NCBI GenBank assembly: GCA_965226555.1
Contig: CBDDDG010000002.1
Span: forward strand, 1 to 64,000
DNA from: Salinispira sp.
GTDB lineage: Bacteria; Spirochaetota; Spirochaetia; DSM-27196; Salinispiraceae
Direction of reading: 5' to 3'
Length of the DNA: 64,000 nucleotides
Below the pieces are notes generated by a model, which was not told the DNA's origin, did no database searches, and was given only the letters and a program-made list of their open reading frames with translations. How positions within the stretch are numbered: position 1 is the first letter of the stretch; every line of letters starts with the position of its first letter. Positions 1-9,500 of this stretch are shown here, piece by piece. The position numbers were made by a program, and so were the translations under genes.

Positions 1-763
1 CTTCCTGCTGCAAGAGCTCCCGGGCATTCTTCACCGTGGTTTTCTTCTTCTTTTTTCGACCGCCTCCAAAGAGGTTGCCAAGATTTCCAAGGTTCAGATC
101 AATTTCTTCGAGATTCTGACCCGAGAAAATTTCGATTGACGGACGGAAGCCGCCGCGCTGAATCGCAATTTCTACTTCCTTTTCCTCAAAATGACCATCT
201 TTCAGTTTCTGACGGAATTTTTCCCGCGTGGCATTGGGAACTTCATCATCATCTTCCACATGTTCCAGCGGTAACATATTTGTATCGAATGATTTTTCAT
301 TGGCGGCAAAAAGTCCTTCGTTCTTGGATGGTGGTCTGCTGCCCGGGAGGAGGAGATCAAGAAGTTGATCTTCTACCCGATGCGCCGCTTCTTCCCGTAT
401 GTCTTCCTGAAATTCATCCTTAACCATGTTCACTGCAACCATCATGAGATCGCGGACCATGGATTCCACATCGCGGCCGACATAACCCACCTCGGTATAT
501 TTTGTCGCCTCAATTTTCAGAAAGGGGGCACCGGTAAGCCGTGAAAGCCGGCGGGCAATTTCGGTTTTTCCCACACCGGTGGGACCTATCATTATGATAT
601 TTTTGGGCGCAACTTCATCTATTAAATCTTCAGGCAGTTTCTGACGCCGAATTCTGTTGCGCAGGGCAATGGCAACGGCCTTCTTTGCCTTTTGCTGACC
701 GATAATGTATTTATCGAGTTCGGCAACAATCTGACTGGGAGTAAGGTCTTCAAGTTTTTTCAT
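1..763 (-). CDS. hslU: ATP-dependent protease ATPase subunit HslU (5' part, runs off the window)
   Basis: Minus-strand frame from ATG 763 reads [58 protein letters not shown]; directly downstream of hslV. Confidence 0.95.
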   Translation of the reverse strand, partial: MKKLEDLTPSQIVAELDKYIIGQQKAKKAVAIALRNRIRRQKLPEDLIDEVAPKNIIMIGPTGVGKTEIARRLSRLTGAPFLKIEATKYTEVGYVGRDVESMVRDLMMVAVNMVKDEFQEDIREEAAHRVEDQLLDLLLPGSRPPSKNEGLFAANEKSFDTNMLPLEHVEDDDEVPNATREKFRQKLKDGHFEEKEVEIAIQRGGFRPSIEIFSGQNLEEIDLNLGNLGNLFGGGRKKKKKTTVKNARELLQQE

Positions 764-1294
764 CTAATCAAGCTCCTCAACAATTATGCTATGGTTAGTA
801 TATATACAAATTTCTCCGGCAATTTCCAAGCTCCGCTTGGCAATTTCGCGGGCTGTGAGCGCGCTTTTATCCAGATAGGCTCGGGCAGCGGCATAGGCAT
901 AGGAACCGCCGCTGCCTATGGCAAGTGTTCCGGTTTCGGGCTCAATGACATCGCCGGTACCGGAAATAAGGAGAATTTTCTCCCGTGAGGCTACCAGCAG
1001 AAGAGCATCGAGCCTTCGAAGCGTGCGGTCTGTCCGCCAGAGCTTGGCAAGCTCAACCGCAGCCCGTGTAACATCGCCATTGTATTCCCGCAGGCTTTCT
1101 TCAAATTTATCGAAGAGGGTAAAGGCATCGGCCGTGGCGCCGGCGAAACCCGTAAGTACTTTTTCATCATAAATTTTACGTACCTTTTTCGCGTTTCCCT
1201 TTACGATGGCGTTACCCATTGTTACCTGCCCATCTCCTGCCATGGCTGTTTTACCGTCTTTTTGAACAGCAATAATAGTTGTACTGTGCATCAT
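764..1294 (-). CDS. hslV: ATP-dependent protease peptidase subunit HslV
   Basis: [33 protein letters not shown] motifs; ATG 1294 overlaps the xerC stop (ATGA). Confidence 0.95.
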   Translation of the reverse strand: MMHSTTIIAVQKDGKTAMAGDGQVTMGNAIVKGNAKKVRKIYDEKVLTGFAGATADAFTLFDKFEESLREYNGDVTRAAVELAKLWRTDRTLRRLDALLLVASREKILLISGTGDVIEPETGTLAIGSGGSYAYAAARAYLDKSALTAREIAKRSLEIAGEICIYTNHSIIVEELD

Positions 1295-2271
1295 TTCCCC
1301 CATTTTTTCTCCGTTGTTCGTGATGTTCGTGAACTTCGTGATGTTCGTGAACTGTGCGGATGTGAACACTCATAAATCTCCCGTAATTTTCCAAGACTTG
1401 TATGCGTATATATTCCCGTTGTGGAGAGGTTCCGATGTCCGAGCATTTCCTGAACAAACCGGATATCGGCACCGCCATTCATGAGATGTGTCGCAAAACT
1501 GTGTCGGAATTTATGTGGGTAAATATGATTTTTCATCATGTATCCTAATTTCTCAAGTATATACTGTATTCCCCGAATACTTAAAGCCTCTCGACGATTA
1601 TTGATAAAAAGATTTTTCAGATGATCCTGATTCTGCAGATAATCGCGGCGAAGCGGGAGATAGTTACGGAGGGCGGAAATGGCATGATCGTTGAGAAACA
1701 CAAACCGTTCCTTTCTTCCCTTTCCCGTAACGAGAATCCGCCGTCTTTTTTCCTGAATGTGAAAAAGCTGTATGCCCTGCAATTCACTGAGACGGCAACC
1801 GGTGGAATAAAAAAGCTCCATGATCAGATAGTTTCTGGCGCCCGCAAAGGAATGCGCCTGCATTTTCATTTCCCCCAGAATATTACTGATATCTGCTTCA
1901 AAAAAAAATTCCGGAAGGTTTCGGGAGGTTCTGACACCCTTTACCGAAAATATCTGAGTAGTATCTTCATTATTCTGTCTTCCCAGATAGCGATAGAATC
2001 CTTTTATTGCCGACAATGCCCGATTCATACTCCTCCCATTCATTCCCTTCTGTCCGAGAAAGGCCATATATGATCGGAGTTTTCGGGGATCAGCTCGGGA
2101 ACCGGCGGGCACATTGATATGCGGATCGGCGGGCACATCGTCCTCCGCTCTCCCATCTCCGAACCACTGCGCATAGGCGCTGAGATCATGAGTATAGGAC
2201 CTGATGCTCCGGGGAGAAAGTCCCCGAACAGTTGATAGATATTCAAGATACTTTCTCATTGCGTATTCCAT
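1291..2271 (-). CDS. xerC: Tyrosine recombinase XerC-like
   Basis: [37 protein letters not shown] motifs. Start placed at MEYAM; the upstream ORF extension runs through a palindromic repeat. Confidence 0.85.
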   Translation of the reverse strand: MEYAMRKYLEYLSTVRGLSPRSIRSYTHDLSAYAQWFGDGRAEDDVPADPHINVPAGSRADPRKLRSYMAFLGQKGMNGRSMNRALSAIKGFYRYLGRQNNEDTTQIFSVKGVRTSRNLPEFFFEADISNILGEMKMQAHSFAGARNYLIMELFYSTGCRLSELQGIQLFHIQEKRRRILVTGKGRKERFVFLNDHAISALRNYLPLRRDYLQNQDHLKNLFINNRREALSIRGIQYILEKLGYMMKNHIYPHKFRHSFATHLMNGGADIRFVQEMLGHRNLSTTGIYTHTSLGKLREIYECSHPHSSRTSRSSRTSRTTEKKWGK

Positions 2272-2319
2272 ACTATAACTGTCGGCATGAGAAGAGAACT
2301 GCCGTATTATCTTTACGAT

Positions 2320-2372
2320 AACTTTTGCTACTGGAAATTGCGCAAGCGCAATTTTCCAATGCAAAACTTTGT
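2320..2372. repeat. Solo nested palindrome of the dispersed element family
   Basis: AACTTTTGC-TACT-GGAAATTGCGC-AA-GCGCAATTTTCC-AAT-GCAAAACTTTGT; matches 5241-5300, 22719-22779 and 50550-50606. Confidence 0.9.
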
Positions 2373-2386
2373 TTACGAAAATTTGT

Positions 2387-3358
2387 TTACGCATAATCTC
2401 CACGCAGATAACGCAGAATTTCTACCGCATTATCCATGGCTGGAGCGCCGTGTTCATACAATTGTCTGCCGCCCTCATTTCTCCGTGAATTGAGTGTGTC
2501 AGGCATAACAAAAACATCCCTGCCCTGCTCAAGAGCAAAGTCGACCGTTATGAGCGCGCCGGATTTCTCAGGCGCCTCCACAAGCATCAAGCCCTCCGAC
2601 ATACCCGATATAATGCGGTTTCGCTCAGGGAAGCGGAAGGGTGCCGGTCGGGTTCCGGGAGGATATTCGCTTACCAATGCCCCTCCGTTCTGCAACATTT
2701 CGCATGCAAGATTAAAATGGGCGTGGGGATAGATATAATCGCAGCCATGACCGAGCACAGCAATAGTGCAGCCCCCAGTATCAATTGCGCCCCTGTGAGC
2801 AGCCGAATCTATGCCCCTGGCCAGCCCCGAAACGAGAACAATGCCCCTTTCGCTCAGCTCCCGGGAAACCCTTCGCGCGCAGGAGACGCCGACACCGCTG
2901 GGCTTGCGGGTACCGACCACCGCAAAGCACAGCCGGCCATTGAAAAGCTCGCGCGGTAATTCCGCAGAACCCGCAGGCGCAGGCTCGCCGGAATGCTCAC
3001 CCCCGCCGGAACCCGAACGCTCGCCGCCGGAGCCCCCGCCCCCCGTGTAGCGTACGTACAGAGCAAATGGCGGATCATAAACATTTCTCAATACATGAGG
3101 ATACGCAGGGCTCCAAATCGGAACAAAGAAACGCCCGGAACCCTCAAGCCAGGACCCATCGCTTCGCGCGCCCTCCAGCGCGGCGCGTGGGTCATATTTC
3201 CCTCCGCGGCCGGCGCCGCAAATTCCAAGGCGCCGTAAAACAGAGGTACTCATGCGGAGAAATTCCCTTTCTCCAGGTTTCATTCTCCAGAGGGCAAGCT
3301 TTTCGCTGGTACGGAGAAACGAAATTCGGTGAATGGCATATAAAAGTAGAGTTTTCAT
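2387..3358 (-). CDS. dprA: DNA-processing protein DprA/Smf
   Basis: AVVGTRKPS, VSGLARGIDSAAH, FPERNRIISG, EAPEKSGALIT motifs. Confidence 0.95.
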   Translation of the reverse strand: MKTLLLYAIHRISFLRTSEKLALWRMKPGEREFLRMSTSVLRRLGICGAGRGGKYDPRAALEGARSDGSWLEGSGRFFVPIWSPAYPHVLRNVYDPPFALYVRYTGGGGSGGERSGSGGGEHSGEPAPAGSAELPRELFNGRLCFAVVGTRKPSGVGVSCARRVSRELSERGIVLVSGLARGIDSAAHRGAIDTGGCTIAVLGHGCDYIYPHAHFNLACEMLQNGGALVSEYPPGTRPAPFRFPERNRIISGMSEGLMLVEAPEKSGALITVDFALEQGRDVFVMPDTLNSRRNEGGRQLYEHGAPAMDNAVEILRYLRGDYA

Positions 3359-3363
3359 CTACC

Positions 3364-4095
3364 CTAGTAACTGCCTAAAAGTTCCTCCCGATTGACTATT
3401 GCTGCATTTTTTTCACTTTCTCGGCTACTTTTTTCAATTATGCGGTCATAAATCTCTATTGCATCGTCTATCCGCTCTTCAAGAACCGCCGTTCTCGCCA
3501 GTAAAAACAGGAGGCGTATATCGTCGGGAAAGAGCGACAGAGCCCTGGTAATGATGGATTTGGCAGCCTCAATATCATCAAGCTCAAAAAGAAGAAGTAC
3601 CGCAAGGCCGAAATAGGGGTCGCGGTAAGCCGGATTAATATTAATTGCCCGTTCATAATAACGCCGCGCCCGTTCCATATAATTCTGCTGTTCCAACATA
3701 CCCGGAAGCGATAGGGCAGTTTGTCCCGCCGCAATACCGGCGCTGTTGAGTACTATGTGATTTGCCGGTTCAATGAGCAGCAGGTGCTCGTACTGTTCCA
3801 GCGCGAGATCAAACATGCCCAGTTTGCTATATTGCTCAGCAAGCAGGCGGTATACTGTTACCGCTCCTTCGGCGGCCTCCACCTTTTCACGGATAATGGA
3901 TTCATACACCTTCAGATCGCGTTTCAGTTCCTCAATGCTCTTGTCATCGTTCAGGCGGGCATTACCTGCCGCTCTCCGCGCGCGGGTTGGAAGCGCATCG
4001 CTCACTGCCTCCGTAAAGGTAGATCGATTATTTCCGCATGAAGACATAAGAATGATGCATACTATGAATATCCATAAAACGGGTTTTCTTCGCAT
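3364..4095 (-). CDS. Tetratricopeptide-repeat lipoprotein
   Basis: Lipobox-like LMSSC; TPR-like helices (YYERAININPAY, ALSLFPDD); lies upstream of dprA as in spirochaetes. Confidence 0.75.
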   Translation of the reverse strand: MRRKPVLWIFIVCIILMSSCGNNRSTFTEAVSDALPTRARRAAGNARLNDDKSIEELKRDLKVYESIIREKVEAAEGAVTVYRLLAEQYSKLGMFDLALEQYEHLLLIEPANHIVLNSAGIAAGQTALSLPGMLEQQNYMERARRYYERAININPAYRDPYFGLAVLLLFELDDIEAAKSIITRALSLFPDDIRLLFLLARTAVLEERIDDAIEIYDRIIEKSSRESEKNAAIVNREELLGSY

Positions 4096-4910
4096 TAATA
4101 CCCCGAGCTTCCCTCGTTACTTCGCCCTAAAATTACTCCGGTTGCAGATACTCCGAGCCGGTCAGCGCCCGCTCCGATAAGTTCCTCGGCAAAATCTCTG
4201 TTGCGAATGCCTCCGCTTGCCTTCACACCCAGAATGTCACCCGCGATATCCCGCATAATACGCACCGCCTCCACTGATGCCCCCCCGGACGCAAAGCCGG
4301 TGGATGTTTTTACAAACCAGGCGCCTGCCCACCCTGAAATGAGGGTCGCGGCAATAATTTCATCTTCACTGAGTTCGGCAGTTTCCAAAATAACCTTGAC
4401 CAGATGTCCATCGGCTGCGCGAACAACGGCTGCAATATCATCAAAAACTGCCGTATAATTACCATCCTTGAGAAATCCGACTGAAATGACCATGTCAATT
4501 TCATCGCAGCCCTGACTGACCGCCCAAGAAGTTTCAGCTGCCTTCGCTTCTGTAGGATTATACCCCCAGGGAAAACCGACAACCGTACAGGTTTTTACCG
4601 CAGAATTGCGCAGGCTCCTTACCGCAGCCGGAATTCGAACCGGCGGCACGCACACAGAAAAGGGCTCCCAACTACGCGCTTCCGCAAAGAGTTTTTCATA
4701 ATCTGCTGCTGATGCTGCCTGCTTCAGGAGCGTGTGATCAATATAACGATTCAATTCCTGTACCTTCCCCATGCCCTGCGGCACTGCTCTCTGTTGTGCC
4801 CGCTGAGGCACTGCTCTCTGTGGTACAGGGCAGGGAAATTGTTCGGGCAGGATTTTCCCATGTTCTGAAAAATACTCCCGCAGCATGCTTTCTGTTTTTT
4901 GTCTGTTCAT
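4095..4910 (-). CDS. deoC: Deoxyribose-phosphate aldolase
   Basis: YIDHTLLK, VVGFPWG, EIDMV, VKVILET, FVKTSTGF, VKASGGIR. Confidence 0.93.
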   Translation of the reverse strand: MNRQKTESMLREYFSEHGKILPEQFPCPVPQRAVPQRAQQRAVPQGMGKVQELNRYIDHTLLKQAASAADYEKLFAEARSWEPFSVCVPPVRIPAAVRSLRNSAVKTCTVVGFPWGYNPTEAKAAETSWAVSQGCDEIDMVISVGFLKDGNYTAVFDDIAAVVRAADGHLVKVILETAELSEDEIIAATLISGWAGAWFVKTSTGFASGGASVEAVRIMRDIAGDILGVKASGGIRNRDFAEELIGAGADRLGVSATGVILGRSNEGSSGY

Positions 4911-5240
4911 ACTGTTCCTCCGATAATATACGCTATCATTCCGAGAAATTTTTGCGGAAATTTCTCTTATTTTAGAGCGATCCGTTCTTCCCCGCTCCAT
5001 TCTGCACTGATCGAATTTCCTCATCGCTCAGCCCAGTAACCTTCCGAACGTCATCTGCTGAAAGTCCTATGGAAAACATACTGCGGGCGTTTTTTCTCCG
5101 CTCCTCAATATGCCCCTCAGCGCGGCCTGTTTGCAATCCTTCCTGCCGACCTTTCAGAATGCCTCTCTCCATGCCCTTCGCAATGCCTTCCCTTACGAAG
5201 GCGTTGGTCATGTTATATTGTCCGCATACTGTTTTCTCCT

Positions 5241-5472
5241 ACTGAAACTTTTGCATTGGAAAATTGTGCAGAGCACAATTTCCAGTAGCAAAAGTTTCAC
5301 ATTTGGCAGGCCTCGTTGCGCTTGGCATTCTCTCATTTTGTAGAAAGTTTTGCCACTGAAAAATTGTGCTCTGCACAATTTTTCAATGAGGATTCTCTCA
5401 TCTATACTCTTGATTCTCTCACGGTATAGAAAGTTTTGCCTCAGGCAAAACTTTGTTGCGGCAAAACTTTGT
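5241..5472. mobile_element. Compound palindromic element: 129-bp type II unit with a nested 103-bp type I unit
   Basis: Absent from the paralogue at 41180-41200. Removing it restores FP-R-GENS in frame; no target duplication. Confidence 0.85.
5355..5457. mobile_element. 103-bp type I palindromic element nested in a hairpin loop
   Basis: ACTGAAAAATTGTGC..GGCAAAACTTTGTT. Removing it restores the hairpin GTAGAAAGTTTTGCC-GC-GGCAAAACTTTGT. Confidence 0.85.
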
Positions 5473-5537
5473 CTAGGGAACAGTTCCCTGTCAATTTTCT
5501 CAAACTGTTCATACAGTTTTGGATCTAGATCTTTGAT

Positions 5538-5640
5538 ACCGAAAATTGTGCTCCGCACAATTTTCTAATCTGGATTCTCTCATCTCTATTCGTGATTCTC
5601 TCAAGATATAGAAAGTTTTGCCTGTGGCAAAACTTTTGTT
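5538..5640. mobile_element. 103-bp type I palindromic element
   Basis: ACCGAAAATTGTGC..GGCAAAACTTTTGTT. Removing it restores the Rpn codons GY|IKDL; no TSD. Confidence 0.88.
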
Positions 5641-5736
5641 ATAACCTAGCACACTCTCTGCTAGATCAGTAAAGTCTTGTGAAGACAGACCGTTCAGGAG
5701 CTGCGCAATCTCTTTCAGCCCCTCAGCATCCATCTC

Positions 5737-5839
5737 ACTGAAAATTGTGCTCTGCACAATTTTCAAATGAGGATTCTCTCATCTATACTCTTGATTCTCT
5801 CAAGGTATAGAAAGTTTTTCCTAAAGGAAAAACTTTGTT
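5737..5839. mobile_element. 103-bp type I palindromic element
   Basis: ACTGAAAATTGTGC..AAAACTTTGTT. Removing it gives GAGATAAT|GAGATG, as in the empty site at about 41028-41041. Confidence 0.9.
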
Positions 5840-6474
5840 ATTATCTCGCATTATATACCACAACGCAGTCGATGTATATCGTTTTTCATCGGAACGCCAT
5901 GCCAACTGCTTTTTGTCCATTCGCCCCAGATCGCGCACAATGCCTTCCGCTCGGGGTCTGACAGGAAGGGGGCGCTGACAACGAGATCGCAGTGAAGGTT
6001 CTTTTTTCCTGCAATGTAGCTGGGGGTTTCAATGCGGATTTTGTCCAGGTCCATCTTGGCAAGTGTTGTATCCTCACAGAACAGTCGCAGCAGGTCGGGA
6101 ACCATCAGGGGGTTTTTGTAAGCAATCTTGAAGGCTAGGTCGTGGATGTGGCCTGTGCTGTGGGATGATTTTTTCATAAACATTCCTCCTATATATATCA
6201 AACGGGAGAAATGCTATTTCTGAATATGTTTTCTGAAAAAAATTTATTTTTTTTCGGGATGGGGCAGGCGGGGGTTTCACATGTTTGAATTTTGAAGGTT
6301 GTGCATTAAAATACTGCCCAATCCCCTTTATTTTGTCAATTTTCGCCACCGGAAGGCGTAAATGATCCCAAATGTCAGATGGTGGAATTGCCGTGCAACG
6401 GTCTCTGTATGAGAAGACATTGATTACCTAACTTGTCGAGTTAACACTACCGGAGGATGCCAACATGCATGCTC

Positions 6475-6506
6475 ATGCGGGCGCCGAGTTGCATCGGCGC
6501 CCGTAT
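6475..6506. terminator. Strong GC hairpin downstream of the Fn3 gene (possible terminator)
   Basis: ATGCGGGCGCCGA-GTTGCA-TCGGCGCCCGTAT; no clear U-tract. Confidence 0.45.
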
Positions 6507-6532
6507 TATCCTATCCGCAGCGCTTCCGTGTT

Positions 6533-9500
6533 CTACCAGACTCCCGTTGGATCCACGGCAAACACAGAGAAACCATTATCTTCCTCTCCTGGTACAAACA
6601 AATAAGTAACGCCATTAACTACCGCGGTTGTTGCCCCGTACGCTCCGTTAAGTTCCAGAGTGGAATTATCGCTCACAAGATCGACAAGGGTAAGACTACC
6701 GTTACTATTCGCCGTAAATACATTGACACTGTCATCGTCCTTCGCTGTGACGAACAGATAGGTGGTACCGCCAATCTTCGCAGTCGTTAGACCGTTGGCT
6801 GTATCAAGCTTTGATCCCTGTGAGCCATCATTAATATTGAAGCGATTCGTGAGGTACCCCCCAATGGCAGTGTGTATATCAAATACACTAATACCGTCAT
6901 CAACAGCCCCCGCGACATATAAATAGGTTGTGTTGCCAACAACCGCAGTTGTTAGATCAGCAGCTCCATCAAGTTCCCATGTAGAGCTGTCGGAGTAATT
7001 TCTGCCCGGCAATCCCGCATCGCTGTTCCACCAGTCACCGTTATTATTTACTGCTTTAAAACCGCTGATACCGTCATCGTTATATCCTGCAATATACATG
7101 TAGAGGTTACTCCTAACCCAGACAGTCGTTATGGCATGAGCTCCGTCAAGATGCAAGCCGCCACCATCAGTTCTCCTGCCATCACCAGATATCTCCGTAA
7201 ATGTCAGATTCCCATTACCCGCTCTGCTTACCCTGAAGGTGCTGAAACCATCATCATCTACTCCAGCGACCACAACATAGGTGGTACTCCCAAGGACAAA
7301 GGTCTTTATATCAATTGCCCCATCAAGCTCCTTAGTGCCTCCCCTTCCGTCATGAGTAACACGGCCTTTATGAACAAGGTTCCCCGAACTGAGTACCTGA
7401 TACGCGCTGAAACCGTCATCGGTTCTCCCCGCAACAAACAGATAGGTGGTACCGCCAATAACAGCGGTTGTTAGACCGCTGGCTCCGCCAAGTTCCACGG
7501 TATCGCCACTGCCATAGTCTGCTCCGTCATCAACCTCATAGGTAACACGCGTGACTGTCCCTCCGCTGTTTACCCTGTACACCGTAACACCATCATCATC
7601 ATATCCTGCGACAAAAAGGTAGGTGGTACCGCCAACTACCGCAGTTGTTACTGCTCTGGCTCCAGCGAGCGGAATGGTGCTATTATCGCGGATGTTTACG
7701 GTATTTCTCAGTATGGATAGCGGCTGGGAGACAACAAGGTTCGAAAAAGCACTCCAGCCGATTGCATTTCTTGCCCGCACCTGAGCGGAGTAACTTCTGC
7801 CGTTTACCAGTCCGGTAATGGTGGAGCTGGTAGTTGTGGGTCCAGTGCTGATGTACGTGTAGCCTTGAAAGCCATGTGACCAATATCTCATATCATACCC
7901 CCGAATGGCGCTTCCGCCGTTACTCGGCGCCGTCCATGAAACTTTAAGCTTTCCGTTCCCCACTTTAACAGTCGGTGTATTCGGCTTGGCAGGAGTGGCG
8001 GCGGGGGTTGCTGTTGCGCTGTCCGACCATGCGCCATTGCCGCGCACATTCCGCGCGCGCACCTGTACGGAGTAGCCACTGCCGTTTATCAGTCCGGTAA
8101 TGATGTGGCTTGTGCCGCTGATACCGGAGTTAATTGGCGTCCATGCCCCGCTGCCTCTGCGATATTGCAGATCATACCCGGTAATGGCACTTCCGCCGTC
8201 GTTCGGCGCAGACCAGTTTACCGTAAGTCTTCTGTCACCCGGGGTAACCGTTGGGTCAGCAGGTTTGAGAGGAACCGTAGACGGAGTTGCTTTAGCTACC
8301 TGCGACCAATTACTCTCGCCGCGTGCGTTCTTTGCGCGAACATCCACCTCATATTCTTGACCGTTTGTTAAGCCGGTAATGGTATGGCTTGTGTTTGTGC
8401 CAATGCCGGAGGTGATATAGGTCCACGGGGTTGTACCAACCCGTCTATAGCTCAGGTGATACGCGGTAATGGGGCTCCCGCCATTGTTCGGCGCAGTCCA
8501 GCTTACCGTAAGTCTTCCGTTTCCCGGAACAAGGGTTGGCGCATTCGGCGTGGAAGGAGTTGTGGAAGGGGTTGCTATTACGCTGCCCGACCAGCCGCCT
8601 TCTCCTACCGCGTTCTTTGCGCGCACCTGTACGGAGTAGCTACTGCCATTTGTCAGTCCGTAGATAATACGGTTTGTGTTTGTGCCAATGCCGGAGGTGA
8701 TATATGACCACACTCCGCCTTTACGGTAGCGCAGATGATATGCGGTAATGGCGCTACCGCCGGTATCGGCCGGCGCAGTCAGCGCAGTCCATCGTACCGT
8801 AAGCCGGGCATTCCCCACGGTGAGCGTGGGAGCGCTCATGGTCTTCGGAACAGTAACAGGAATTGCCTCAGCAGCTAATGACCAGAGCCCCGGATCCACC
8901 GCGTTGACGGCGCGCACGCGTACGTAGTAGGTGGTGCCGTTTGTTAATCCGGTAATGGTGTGGCTTGTGCCGCTTATATCGGAATCAATTAACAACCAGT
9001 CTACGCCGTCATCACTATACTGGAGGTGATACTCGGTAATGGCGCTGCCGCCATCGTCATTCGGCGCAGTCCATGAAACTTCAAGCTCTCCGTTCCCCGC
9101 GGTAAGCGTTGGCTTGGCCGGCGCGCCGGGAACGGTCGCCGGGGTTGCTGTTGCGCTGCCCGACCATGCGCCCCTTCCTTGCGCGTTCTTGGCGCGCACC
9201 TGTACGGAATAGCTGTCGCCGTTGTCCAGTCCGGTAATGGGGTGGCTTGTGCCGCTGATGCCGGTGGTAATGGATGTCCATGCCCCGCTGTTGCCCTTGC
9301 GGTATTGCAGATCATATCCGGTAACTGCGCTGCCGCCATTGTTGGTCGGCGCAGACCAGGAAGCAGTGAGCTGAGTGTCATCTACTGCGAGCGTTGGCTT
9401 AGCCGGCGCGCCGGGAACGGTCGCCGGGGTTGCCGATGTGCTATCCGACCATGTGCCCTCGCCCTGTGCGTTCTTTGCGCGCACCTGCACGAAGTACGTG

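Larger units (their letters stand above)
4972..6177 (-). pseudogene. Rpn/YhgA-like (PD-(D/E)XK) nuclease pseudogene, locus 1
   Basis: MKKSSHSTGHIHDLAFK..HCDLVVS N-terminus and EG-rich C-terminus. Near-identical to 40328-41482 but with the IEHKS region deleted and three palindromic insertion sites. Confidence 0.9.

Noticed and set aside
5241..5839. CRISPR-like repeat-spacer array
   Set aside because: The intervening sequences are consecutive pieces of one Rpn gene and the repeats are 103 bp
5208..5961. Small ORFs such as MRILSSILLILSRYRKF
   Set aside because: Translations of the palindromic element, with no RBS or domain evidence
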